Assembly: GCA_046754465.1 (NCBI GenBank) | Contig: JBHHVU010000028.1 | Span: forward strand, 1 to 39,094 | From: Nitrospinaceae bacterium | GTDB taxonomy: Bacteria; Nitrospinota; Nitrospinia; Nitrospinales; VA-1 | Direction of reading: 5' to 3' | Length of the DNA: 39,094 nt | Shown: piece after piece, positions 30,044 through 38,115 of the stretch | Position numbering within the stretch: the stretch's first letter is position 1 | Layout: each line of letters opens with the position of its first letter | Translations under genes and position numbers: made by a program | The notes under the pieces: model-generated | The model's database searches: none | Told to the model about the DNA's origin: nothing | The model's input: only the letters and a program-made list of their open reading frames with translations

Positions 30044-30120
30044 GCCACTTCCTCCACAGTTTTCTCCGCGTTCTTCAGCCGGATTTTACCGGACATGAGC
30101 TTGGGCGGAAGTCGCTCACG
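30040..30120 (-). pseudogene. hsdS: C-terminal stub of type I specificity subunit HsdS
   Basis: RERLPPKLMSGKIRLKNAEKTVEEVA* resembles the HsdS C-terminal consensus RDxLLPKLMSGEIR; its stop overlaps the ImmA/IrrE start (ATGA). Confidence 0.7.
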
Positions 30121-30161
30121 TTTGTTCCCAATTCCTGTTTTTGAAGCAATGGGCATGATTA

Positions 30162-30566
30162 TTATTCGTCATCATCAAGCTTTGCAAAGGTTGAAAAGCC
30201 CGTAGGATTTAATTCCCATAGCGGTTTTTTCCCAGATTCTTTGAGTGGTTTTTTCCACCAGTCATCCCCCTCTTTAAATCCTTTGTCGGAGCCCGAGTTG
30301 TTATTGAGAATTGGGAACCCCCCGTATCGATTAGAGTGGATTGGATAAGGAGATCACATAAATGCCTTGCTTGATGGTAGCGATGTCGAGCCCCTTCTCA
30401 TCACAAGCAGCCCTGATCTCCGCAAGCGCCGCTTTGATGGTACGCTTTTTGAGTTCCTCCCGCACAGATTCCAAATAATCTTCGTAAACAGCGAGATCAA
30501 ACCCCGCATTTCGAGCATAGACAGCAAGGCTCTGGTTTTTTATGATATACCATTGATTTTTTTCAT
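30162..30566 (-). pseudogene. Broken GIY-YIG-like gene (frameshifted, internally deleted)
   Basis: ...IKQGIYVISLSNPL* then continues in another frame as NRYGGFPILNNNSG...DDDE*; the central YIG/R/E core is missing. Confidence 0.4.
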
Positions 30567-30582
30567 GAATACAGTCTTGATT

Positions 30583-30639
30583 AACGGCGAACACCTTCAT
30601 CACCTCATCTCCAAGGTGATTGATTACTTTGACCGGGAT
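30583..30639 (-). pseudogene. C-terminal stub of a long type III Mod-like DNA methyltransferase
   Basis: IPVKVINHLGDEVMKVFAV resembles the recalled C-terminal motif IAVKVINHLGDEVMKVF of such methyltransferases. Confidence 0.6.
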
Positions 30640-30742
30640 GTTACAGTCCTCGTTTTGGTATTTCCCGGGCGTTTCGTGGCCATGGTCTGCCTGAAAATAT
30701 TCCGCCTGCGTTGGATTTTTTATTGGAAACACATAAAACTAC

Positions 30743-30808
30743 ATAGGGTGAGGAGAAATGTCAATGGAGGGGAAGGGAGCATGTTTCCACACGCCCTCCG
30801 CACCCTAT
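30743..30808. repeat. REP-like inverted repeat pair
   Basis: ATAGGGTGAGGAG (30743-55) / CTCCGCACCCTAT (30796-808), 12/13 complementary. Confidence 0.6.
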
Positions 30809-30815
30809 AAGGATT

Positions 30816-30878
30816 CCCCTCATCCCAGCCTTCTCCCATTGGGAGAAGGAGTTATCTCCTCTCCCTCAGGAGAGAGGA
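30816..30878. repeat. Tandem palindromic REP-like element
   Basis: CCCCTCATCCCAG-CCTTCTCCC-att-GGGAGAAGG (perfect 9-bp stem) followed by TCCTCTCCC-tca-GGAGAGAGGA. Confidence 0.7.
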
Positions 30879-30893
30879 AAAAAATCAGATTTT

Positions 30894-30914
30894 TATCTTG
30901 TTCATCCTGTCAAA
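30894..30914 (-). repeat. Right boundary repeat (minus strand TTTGACAGGATGAACAAGATA)
   Basis: Inverted copy of 28167-28187 with one mismatch; contains the TGA stop of the adjacent GT2 gene. Confidence 0.85.
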
Positions 30915-31921
30915 TTTTTTTTAACACACCCGGAGATGCGGCGTTTGCGTTTCGTATAGGGCAGGAGCAGTCCCCGCGCCATCACCCGCCAAAGTTCCTG
31001 GATCGGGATCTTGCGGGTCTTCCGGATTTCCCCGCGCTGGACCAAGACCCGGGGCAAATCCTTCCACGCGTCCCATTTGGCCTTGAAAATAATTCTTCCC
31101 TGGCCCCTGGCACAAAACCATAACAGGGCGGCGGCGGTGGCCACTATATGCTGGGGCAGGTAAATCCATAACAGCTGGGAAGGCATGTTCTTGAAATAGG
31201 TCCAAACCAGGTTACGGTGGCCGTGGTAAACGGCATAATCGCTGTACCGGTGCGTGGTGGCCGAGCCCACGTGTTCGACCACGGCATCGGCGGCATAAAG
31301 GCAGCGGTGTCCCAGCAATCGGAGGCGGAAACCGAGGTCGACGTCTTCAAAATAGGAATGGAAATGTTCGTCGAAGCCCCCGGCCTCGAGAAAGACGTCT
31401 TTGCGAATGAGGGCCGCCGCGGCGCAGGGCGAAAATATCTCCCCGGTGGGCCGGGTCGTTTGGGAGGCGGGACAACCGTGGTCACGCCGCCAGGCCAGGC
31501 CGCTGACGTGGTACACGTCACCGGTGCCGTCCAATTCATCGGGCGCGCCGTGCCTCAGCAGTCGGCTACCAATAAACGCGCAGCCGGGGTGGGTCTCCGC
31601 CGCCGCCACCAGCCGGGCCAGCCAATCGGGCCGGGGGAAGGCATCCGGATTCAAAAACGCGATCCATTCGCAGCCCGCGGCCCGGCGGACGGCCAGGTTA
31701 TTCGCGGCGGCAAACCCGGTATTTTCCCGGAGGCGGATCACTTCCACCCCGGGGAATTGTTCCTCGATGCCTTGGAGCGACCGGTCGGTGCTCGCATTAT
31801 CGACGACCAGAATTTTCCGCGGCTGCAGCACCTGGTCCCCGAGCGCGGACAGGCTTTTTTGCAGATCGCTCCCCGAGTTCCAATTCACCAGGATAACCGC
31901 CACCCCGCCGGCGCGGTTCAT
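30902..31921 (-). CDS. GT2 glycosyltransferase
   Basis: ILVNWN, DNASTD, NTGFAAANN, FLNPD, GFDEHFHSYFEDVDLGFR. Confidence 0.9.
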   Translation of the reverse strand: MNRAGGVAVILVNWNSGSDLQKSLSALGDQVLQPRKILVVDNASTDRSLQGIEEQFPGVEVIRLRENTGFAAANNLAVRRAAGCEWIAFLNPDAFPRPDWLARLVAAAETHPGCAFIGSRLLRHGAPDELDGTGDVYHVSGLAWRRDHGCPASQTTRPTGEIFSPCAAAALIRKDVFLEAGGFDEHFHSYFEDVDLGFRLRLLGHRCLYAADAVVEHVGSATTHRYSDYAVYHGHRNLVWTYFKNMPSQLLWIYLPQHIVATAAALLWFCARGQGRIIFKAKWDAWKDLPRVLVQRGEIRKTRKIPIQELWRVMARGLLLPYTKRKRRISGCVKKNLTG

Positions 31922-31968
31922 GGGCGGTTTCCTGAATGGATGTGTCTTGCCATTTCCCCGGGATGTTC

Positions 31969-31997
31969 TTGCAATCGAATCATTGAAGACCTATACT
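31969..31997 (+). promoter_or_regulatory. Putative sigma70 promoter for the rfbBAD-gmd genes
   Basis: TTGCAA-N17-TATACT, ~60 nt upstream of rfbB. Confidence 0.5.
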
Positions 31998-32056
31998 CCG
32001 ACGCAACAATGTGTAATTCTTGGCATCCCGAGTAGTCATATCATTTCATTCCCGGC

Positions 32057-33127
32057 ATGAAAACCTATTTTATCACCGGCGGCGCGGGCTTCATCGGCAG
32101 CAACTTTGTCCTGGGTCTTTGCGCCTCGGGAAACATCAAGATCGTCAATTACGACAAGCTCACCTATGCTGGAAATCTCGAATCGCTCGCCTCGATTTCC
32201 GGTCACCCCAACCACGTTTTCCAGGAAGGCGACATAGGCGACCGGGACCGGCTCGGCCGCCTGTTGCGGGAACACCAGCCCGATTATATTATCAATTTCG
32301 CGGCCGAGTCGCATGTGGACCGGTCCATCGACGGCCCGGGCGAATTCATCCAAACCAACGTGGTGGGGACCTTTCAACTTTTGGATGCCACCCGGGCTTA
32401 CTGGCAAGGATTGGATGAAGAAAAGAAAAACCGGTTTCGCTTTCTGCACGTCTCCACCGATGAGGTCTACGGGTCCCTGGGGGAGACAGGGCGGTTTACC
32501 GAAGAAACCCCGTATGCCCCCAATTCCCCCTATGCCGCTTCCAAGGCCGCTTCCGACCACCTGGTCCGCTCCTACCACCGGACCTACGGGCTTCCCGTTC
32601 TCACCACCAATTGCTCGAACAATTATGGTCCGTACCAGGATCCGGAAAAACTGCTTCCACTGATGATCCACAACGCGCTGGCGGGCAAACCGCTTCCCAT
32701 CTATGGCGACGGGAAGCAGGTGAGGGACTGGCTGTACGTGGAGGACCACTGCCGGGGAATCCTCCGGGTCCTGGAAAAAGGGACCGTTGGGGAGGTTTAC
32801 AACATCGGCGGCAACAATGAAAAAACCAACCTGGACGTGGTGGAACAACTCTGCGCGCTGCTGGATGAAATCCAGCCCGATTCGCCGCATGTCCCCCACC
32901 GCTCGCTCATGCAATTTGTCCGGGACCGGCCGGGGCACGACCGCCGGTACGCTATCGACGCGGGGAAAATCCGGCGCGAACTGGGTTGGACCCAAAGGGA
33001 AACTTTCGAAACGGGATTGCGTAAAACCGTGGTCTGGTACCTGGAAAACCGGGGATGGACCGAACGGGTCATGTCGGGCGCTTACCGGGGCGAACGGTTG
33101 GGAACGAGATCCGGGAGAAAGGGGTGA
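32057..33127 (+). CDS. rfbB: dTDP-glucose 4,6-dehydratase
   Basis: [46 protein letters not shown]. Confidence 0.97.
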   Translation: MKTYFITGGAGFIGSNFVLGLCASGNIKIVNYDKLTYAGNLESLASISGHPNHVFQEGDIGDRDRLGRLLREHQPDYIINFAAESHVDRSIDGPGEFIQTNVVGTFQLLDATRAYWQGLDEEKKNRFRFLHVSTDEVYGSLGETGRFTEETPYAPNSPYAASKAASDHLVRSYHRTYGLPVLTTNCSNNYGPYQDPEKLLPLMIHNALAGKPLPIYGDGKQVRDWLYVEDHCRGILRVLEKGTVGEVYNIGGNNEKTNLDVVEQLCALLDEIQPDSPHVPHRSLMQFVRDRPGHDRRYAIDAGKIRRELGWTQRETFETGLRKTVVWYLENRGWTERVMSGAYRGERLGTRSGRKG

Positions 33128-33130
33128 ACC

Positions 33131-34006
33131 ATGATCGATAAGGGAATCATTCTCGCCGGGGGATCGGGAACACGGCTGTTTCCATTAACGCGGGTGATCA
33201 GCAAGCAATTGATGCCCCTCTACAATAAACCGATGATTTATTATCCGCTGTGCACGCTCATGCTGGCGGGCATTGCGGATATTTTGATCATCACCACCCC
33301 CGCCGACAGGCCTTTGTTCCAGGACCTGCTCAAGGACGGCAGCCAATGGGGAATTCAAATCCGTTATGCCGTCCAGCCCAAGCCGGAAGGCCTCGCGCAG
33401 GCGTTTATCATTGGCCGGGATTTCATCGGCAACGAGGGTTGCAGTTTGATTCTGGGAGATAATGTGTTCTACGGTCATGGCCTGGCCGACCGCATGCAAA
33501 GAGCCCGCAACCGGGAAAAGGGGGCCACGGTGTTCGGGTATTGGGTCAACGATCCCCAACATTACGGAATCGCCGAATTCGACGACACGGGGAAAGTTTC
33601 TCGGCTCGAGGAAAAACCGAAAGATCCCAAATCCAACTACGCTATCACGGGACTGTATTTTTATGACAACGCCGTGGTGGACATCGCCGCCGGACTCCAA
33701 CCCTCGGCGCGGGGAGAACTGGAAATCACCGACGTCAACAAGGTTTACCTGGAATACAACGCCCTGACCCTGGAAAAACTGGGGCGCGGCTTCGCCTGGC
33801 TCGACACGGGTTCGCACGAATCTCTCCTGGCCGCGTCCAATTTCATCGCCACGATCGAAGCGCGCCAGGGCCTGATGGTCTGCTGCCCGGAAGAAATCGC
33901 TTATCATACCGGCCGGATTACCGCAACGGACCTGGAAAAACTGGCGGAGCCCCTCAAGAATAATGGTTATGGGAAATATCTGCTCTCCCTGATCCGGCAG
34001 GGCTGA
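33131..34006 (+). CDS. rfbA: Glucose-1-phosphate thymidylyltransferase
   Basis: [40 protein letters not shown]. Confidence 0.97.
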   Translation: MIDKGIILAGGSGTRLFPLTRVISKQLMPLYNKPMIYYPLCTLMLAGIADILIITTPADRPLFQDLLKDGSQWGIQIRYAVQPKPEGLAQAFIIGRDFIGNEGCSLILGDNVFYGHGLADRMQRARNREKGATVFGYWVNDPQHYGIAEFDDTGKVSRLEEKPKDPKSNYAITGLYFYDNAVVDIAAGLQPSARGELEITDVNKVYLEYNALTLEKLGRGFAWLDTGSHESLLAASNFIATIEARQGLMVCCPEEIAYHTGRITATDLEKLAEPLKNNGYGKYLLSLIRQG

Positions 34007-34087
34007 ATTGCAAACGGGACGAGGTTCTAGCGCCATCCTTTTCGCGGGCGAATCCCATATGATGAATTTTTCTATCCTTACCGATTC

Positions 34088-34978
34088 ATGCGAATTCTTT
34101 TGACCGGCGGAAACGGCCAGGTGGGCTGGGAACTGCGGCGGGTCCTGGGAGGATTGGGTGAGGTGATAAGCCCGGACCGGGAGGAGCTGGACCTTTCCCG
34201 GCCGGAGGGCATCGGCCCACGGGTCCGCGAGATCCGGCCCGGCCTCATTATCAATGCCGCCGCCTACACCGCCGTGGACCGGGCGGAGGAGGAACCCGGC
34301 CTCGCGATGGCCGTAAACGGCGAAGCCCCCGGGATTCTTGCCGAGGAGGCGAAAAAAATCGGCGCCTCGCTCATTCATTATTCCACTGATTATGTTTTCG
34401 ACGGGGAAAACAAAACCACTCCTTACAGGGAGGATGACCCACCAAACCCTCAAAATGTTTATGGCGAGACCAAACTCGCGGGCGAACGGGCCGTTCAGGA
34501 GGCGGGGGGAGCTTATCTCATTTTGCGGACGGGCTGGGTCTACAGTCTGAGAAGAAAAAATTTCCTGCGCACCATTCAAAGGCTGGCGGGGGAACGGGAA
34601 GAACTCAAAATCGTGAACGATCAATTCGGATCGCCCACCTGGAGCCGGACGATCGCCGAGGCCACGCGAACCCTCCTCGACCGGACGGTGAAGGCAGGCC
34701 CGGACCATCCCGCGGTTTTTCCGGCCGAGGCGGTGGGGATCTACCACCTGACCTGCGCGGGACAAACGACCTGGTACGATTTTACCCGCGCCATTCTGGA
34801 CTGCCCGGACTCGGGGCATCGGCCCCGGGTGATCCCCATCCCCACTTCGGAGTTCCCGACGCCGGCCACGCGGCCTCGGTATTCAGTATTATCCAACGAG
34901 AAAATCAAACGGGTTTTTGGGATCGAGCCACCCTCCTGGGAAGAGGCCTTAAAACGGTGTCTTCGTGATGTTTCTTAA
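34088..34978 (+). CDS. rfbD: dTDP-4-dehydrorhamnose reductase
   Basis: GGNGQVG, AAYTAVD, STDYVFDG, YGETK, DQFGSPT, PATRP. Confidence 0.96.
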   Translation: MRILLTGGNGQVGWELRRVLGGLGEVISPDREELDLSRPEGIGPRVREIRPGLIINAAAYTAVDRAEEEPGLAMAVNGEAPGILAEEAKKIGASLIHYSTDYVFDGENKTTPYREDDPPNPQNVYGETKLAGERAVQEAGGAYLILRTGWVYSLRRKNFLRTIQRLAGEREELKIVNDQFGSPTWSRTIAEATRTLLDRTVKAGPDHPAVFPAEAVGIYHLTCAGQTTWYDFTRAILDCPDSGHRPRVIPIPTSEFPTPATRPRYSVLSNEKIKRVFGIEPPSWEEALKRCLRDVS

Positions 34979-35090
34979 GTGAAAGTTTGGCGCCCCGGCC
35001 GTCCGCGCGGAACAATATTAAAGCTTGATTCGGGGGAAGACACCCCCTAAGATTGACACAAATTCGATTCCGCGAAGGGAGATTTCCACA

Positions 35091-36167
35091 TTGCCCAAAG
35101 CTTTCATCACAGGCATTACCGGACAGGATGGTTCTTATCTCGCCGAACTTCTTCTGGAAAAAGGATACGAGGTGCACGGCCTCGTGCGCCGGTCCAGCAG
35201 TTTCAACCGGGGCAGGATCGAGCATCTTCACAAGGACCATCACCTGCCCCTGAATAAAATCACGCTTCATTACGGGGACATGACCGACAGCCTGAGCCTG
35301 AACCGGCTTCTGGCGGAAATCCGGCCTGACGAGGTATACAATCTCGCGGCGCAAAGTCACGTGGCGGTGAGTTTCGAGACCCCGGAATACACGGGCCAGA
35401 CAGACGCCATTGGCGCTCTGCGGATTCTCGACGCCATCAAGGCCCACGGCATGGAAAAGCGATGCCGGTTTTACCAGGCGTCCACCAGTGAGATGTTCGG
35501 TAAGGTGGCCGCGTCCCCGCAAAACGAATCGACCCCCTTCTATCCCAGAAGTCCTTACGGGGCCGCCAAACTGTACGCGCACTGGATCACCATCAACTAC
35601 CGGGAAGCGTATGGCATGTATGCCTGCAGCGGAATTCTGTTCAACCACGAATCACCGCGCCGGGGAGAAAATTTCGTCACCCGCAAGATCACCCTCACCC
35701 TGGCTAAAATCCTGGCCGGAACCATGGACAAACTCTATCTTGGAAACTTGAGCGCCAAACGTGACTGGGGTTACGCCGGGGATTACGTGGTGGGTATGTG
35801 GCAAATACTGCAAGGCGACGTCCCCGGCGATTATGTCCTGGCCACGGGGGAACAGCACAGTGTGCGGGAGTTCGTGGAGGAGGCGTTTGGTCGTTGCGGA
35901 CTCGATATTGAGTGGCGGGGGTCGGGCCTGGACGAAAAAGGAATCGACCGGGCCACGGGCCGCGTCTTGGTGGAGATCGACCCCGCCTATTTCCGGCCCG
36001 CCGAAGTGGACACGCTCATCGGGGATCCTTCCAAGGCAAAAACTTTCCTGGGCTGGGAACACCCAACCTCCTTTAAGGATCTGGTCCGCATGATGGTGGA
36101 GGCGGATTTGCGGCTGGCGGGTCTCAATCCGGTGGAAATCCTCGGCCGGATGGACGTTAAAGCGTAA
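35091..36167 (+). CDS. gmd: GDP-mannose 4,6-dehydratase (TTG start)
   Basis: [61 protein letters not shown] before TTG 35091. Confidence 0.96.
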   Translation: MPKAFITGITGQDGSYLAELLLEKGYEVHGLVRRSSSFNRGRIEHLHKDHHLPLNKITLHYGDMTDSLSLNRLLAEIRPDEVYNLAAQSHVAVSFETPEYTGQTDAIGALRILDAIKAHGMEKRCRFYQASTSEMFGKVAASPQNESTPFYPRSPYGAAKLYAHWITINYREAYGMYACSGILFNHESPRRGENFVTRKITLTLAKILAGTMDKLYLGNLSAKRDWGYAGDYVVGMWQILQGDVPGDYVLATGEQHSVREFVEEAFGRCGLDIEWRGSGLDEKGIDRATGRVLVEIDPAYFRPAEVDTLIGDPSKAKTFLGWEHPTSFKDLVRMMVEADLRLAGLNPVEILGRMDVKA

Positions 36168-36199
36168 ACCGCCAGTTCCCGGAAATCCTGCGCGAGCGC

Positions 36200-36218
36200 C
36201 TTCCCCTCCGAGGGGAAG
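36200..36218. terminator. Hairpin between convergent gmd and GT4 genes
   Basis: CTTCCCCT-ccg-AGGGGAAG perfect 8-bp stem; no clear U-tract. Confidence 0.35.
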
Positions 36219-36246
36219 CCCCTGCCCCGGTCGGCCGCTCCGGGGA

Positions 36247-37521
36247 TTACAAGAGTCCCAGTTCTTCCAGGCGGCGTTGATACCCGCGTCCGATGGTTTG
36301 GGCGTTATGCCGGGAACGGATATAGGACCTTCCCGCCTCGGCAATGGAATGCCGGTATGCGTTTTCGTTCACCAGCCGGCGCATGAATCCCGCGGCATGG
36401 TCCACGTCCGGGTCGGCCCAGACCTGTCCTTCCCCATGGGGATACTCCCCGGCTTTCACGGGGACCAACCGGTAATTCACGAGGCAGGAATGGTTCGGAT
36501 GCATGAAATCGGTATTGCCCGAATAACCGGTCGCGAGGACCGGTTTTCCCAAAAGCATGCTCTGCGCCAGGCAGAGTCCGATTCCCTCCGACCGGTGGAG
36601 GGAGATAAAACTGTCGCACACCTGCATCAGCCCCAGGATTTCATCAGACTGGAAAAGGGCATCGATATGGATCACCCGGCGGTCGCGCTGGCATGCCTCG
36701 GTCAGGGTTTGCAATTCACGGGGGAAAAGAGCGCCGTCCATGCTTTTGATCACCAGGGCCGCCGGTTCGCCGCCCCGGGGAAACGCCCTTTGAAACGCAT
36801 CGATGCAGGCTATGGGATTTTTCCTCGGGAAACAGGATTTAAAATCGAAGGCGAACAGGAAAATAAATGGTGCCGGGGGCAGGCCAAAATAGGCCCGGTC
36901 GAATCCGGTGGGAATTTCCAGCTCGACGGCCAACGGCTGATACACGGCAGGTTTGTCCGATTTTTTTTCCACCGCCGCCTGGATGAAGCGGGAGGGGCAC
37001 CAGACCTCATCCAGAAAATTCAGCGGATTTTTCCAGGCATCGGGAAATTCGGAAAGTTCCCACACCCAGTAACCGATGTTGTACCGGTGTTCTATAAACG
37101 AAGGGCCCAGGGAAAGAATGGTGGATTCCAACTGGTCCGGTTTCACGTGAAATAGATTGGTCGAATACCGGTTGTCCGGCCGGATGTGGCGGGCGAACTG
37201 TTGGTTGCCCCGGCCCAGGGAGGCGCGGGCGCCGTGATCGTAAATTCCAAAAGGGATTTCCCTGCTGGAGAAGGACTGGGCCGCCTGCCGGAGGAATTCT
37301 CCCTCACCAATTTCAGCGCAGGGATAGCCGATGAGATTCACTCCCTTCGGCAGCGGGGATCCTTTCAAGGAAATTTCCGCCGCCGCGGGGGATGGCGTGC
37401 CGGGAGTGGAACCGGTATAAAAATTCCTGAACGCCCACCCGAAAAAAAACGCTTTCAGGCGATTGCGGGTTTGGGGGCTCAGCCATGCGAACAGGGGTTT
37501 GATTTTGGAATAATGGTTCAT
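36247..37521 (-). CDS. GT4 (GT-B) glycosyltransferase
   Basis: IGYWVWEL, DEVWCPS, RKNP, SLHRSEGIGL...GKPV, YSGNTDFM; start taken at MNHYSK. Confidence 0.88.
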   Translation of the reverse strand: MNHYSKIKPLFAWLSPQTRNRLKAFFFGWAFRNFYTGSTPGTPSPAAAEISLKGSPLPKGVNLIGYPCAEIGEGEFLRQAAQSFSSREIPFGIYDHGARASLGRGNQQFARHIRPDNRYSTNLFHVKPDQLESTILSLGPSFIEHRYNIGYWVWELSEFPDAWKNPLNFLDEVWCPSRFIQAAVEKKSDKPAVYQPLAVELEIPTGFDRAYFGLPPAPFIFLFAFDFKSCFPRKNPIACIDAFQRAFPRGGEPAALVIKSMDGALFPRELQTLTEACQRDRRVIHIDALFQSDEILGLMQVCDSFISLHRSEGIGLCLAQSMLLGKPVLATGYSGNTDFMHPNHSCLVNYRLVPVKAGEYPHGEGQVWADPDVDHAAGFMRRLVNENAYRHSIAEAGRSYIRSRHNAQTIGRGYQRRLEELGLL

Positions 37522-37943
37522 CAGGAACCGGCAACCCCGCCGGCCCCCGGCGCGGGTCATTTCAATGAGCCGGTTGCCTCTCATGACCAAGCACTCGAAT
37601 TCTTGGGAGAATTCATTGGATGCCCTTCAGAATATTATGATGAAGTTACAGTACTCTTATTCGGCGGGGGTCCATTTTTCTTCCGCCGTGTCCCGGTTAT
37701 ACCAAGCTTTTCCCGAGATCTTGAAAATTTTGTCCGTTGGAAATGTTTCCAAGCCAACCCTGAGAAAGTGAGGAAAAAATCGAATTTGAATTCTGGCCAA
37801 CACACACTTCGCGTGGTTTCCGGTTATTTTTCCGGCGGCCGCCGGACCGGGATCCCGGCCAGACCGCAACCTACTGATTTTCATGAAATTATATGGCTAA
37901 AAAATTGGGGGCAACCGCCGTCATTTTAGCTCAAACCAAATTG

Positions 37944-37971
37944 TTTACAATGAAAGACGTTTTGATAGAAT
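37944..37971 (+). promoter_or_regulatory. Putative sigma70 promoter for the GtrB-like gene
   Basis: TTTACA-N16-TAGAAT with an extended TG. Confidence 0.45.
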
Positions 37972-38115
37972 AAGCTGTGGAAAGGATCAAGTTTTTTGTG
38001 AATAAAGCCGTTTTAGAAGTTGGGTTGGTTTATTTTTATTTTCAGTGATGCCCGGTGTTTCTGTCCTGGTGTGTTTTTCAGGACGGGCGGTCACTTGGTC
38101 CTTTGAGGAGAAGGT

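Larger units (their letters stand above)
28167..30914. mobile_element. Inverted-repeat-bounded accessory island carrying an ImmA/IrrE-DUF4411 pair and restriction-modification remnants
   Basis: 21-bp IRs at both ends (20/21 match); cargo is unrelated to the flanking glycan genes and visibly more AT-rich; no transposase or integrase inside. Confidence 0.55.

Noticed and set aside
33185..34819. Long antisense ORFs (544 aa here; also 678..2069, 5032..6213, 6726..7958, 8026..9123, 22763..24100, 32036..32995)
   Set aside because: Shadow frames opposite well-supported genes, as expected from high-GC codon bias; no motifs or RBS.
37522..37930. Short ORFs in the GT4/GtrB divergent gap
   Set aside because: Short, overlapping on both strands, with no motifs; the region looks like promoter DNA or unrecognisable debris.
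38087..38098. ops/JUMPstart element before the GtrB-like gene
   Set aside because: GGCGGTCACTTG only partly matches GGCGGTAGnnTG.
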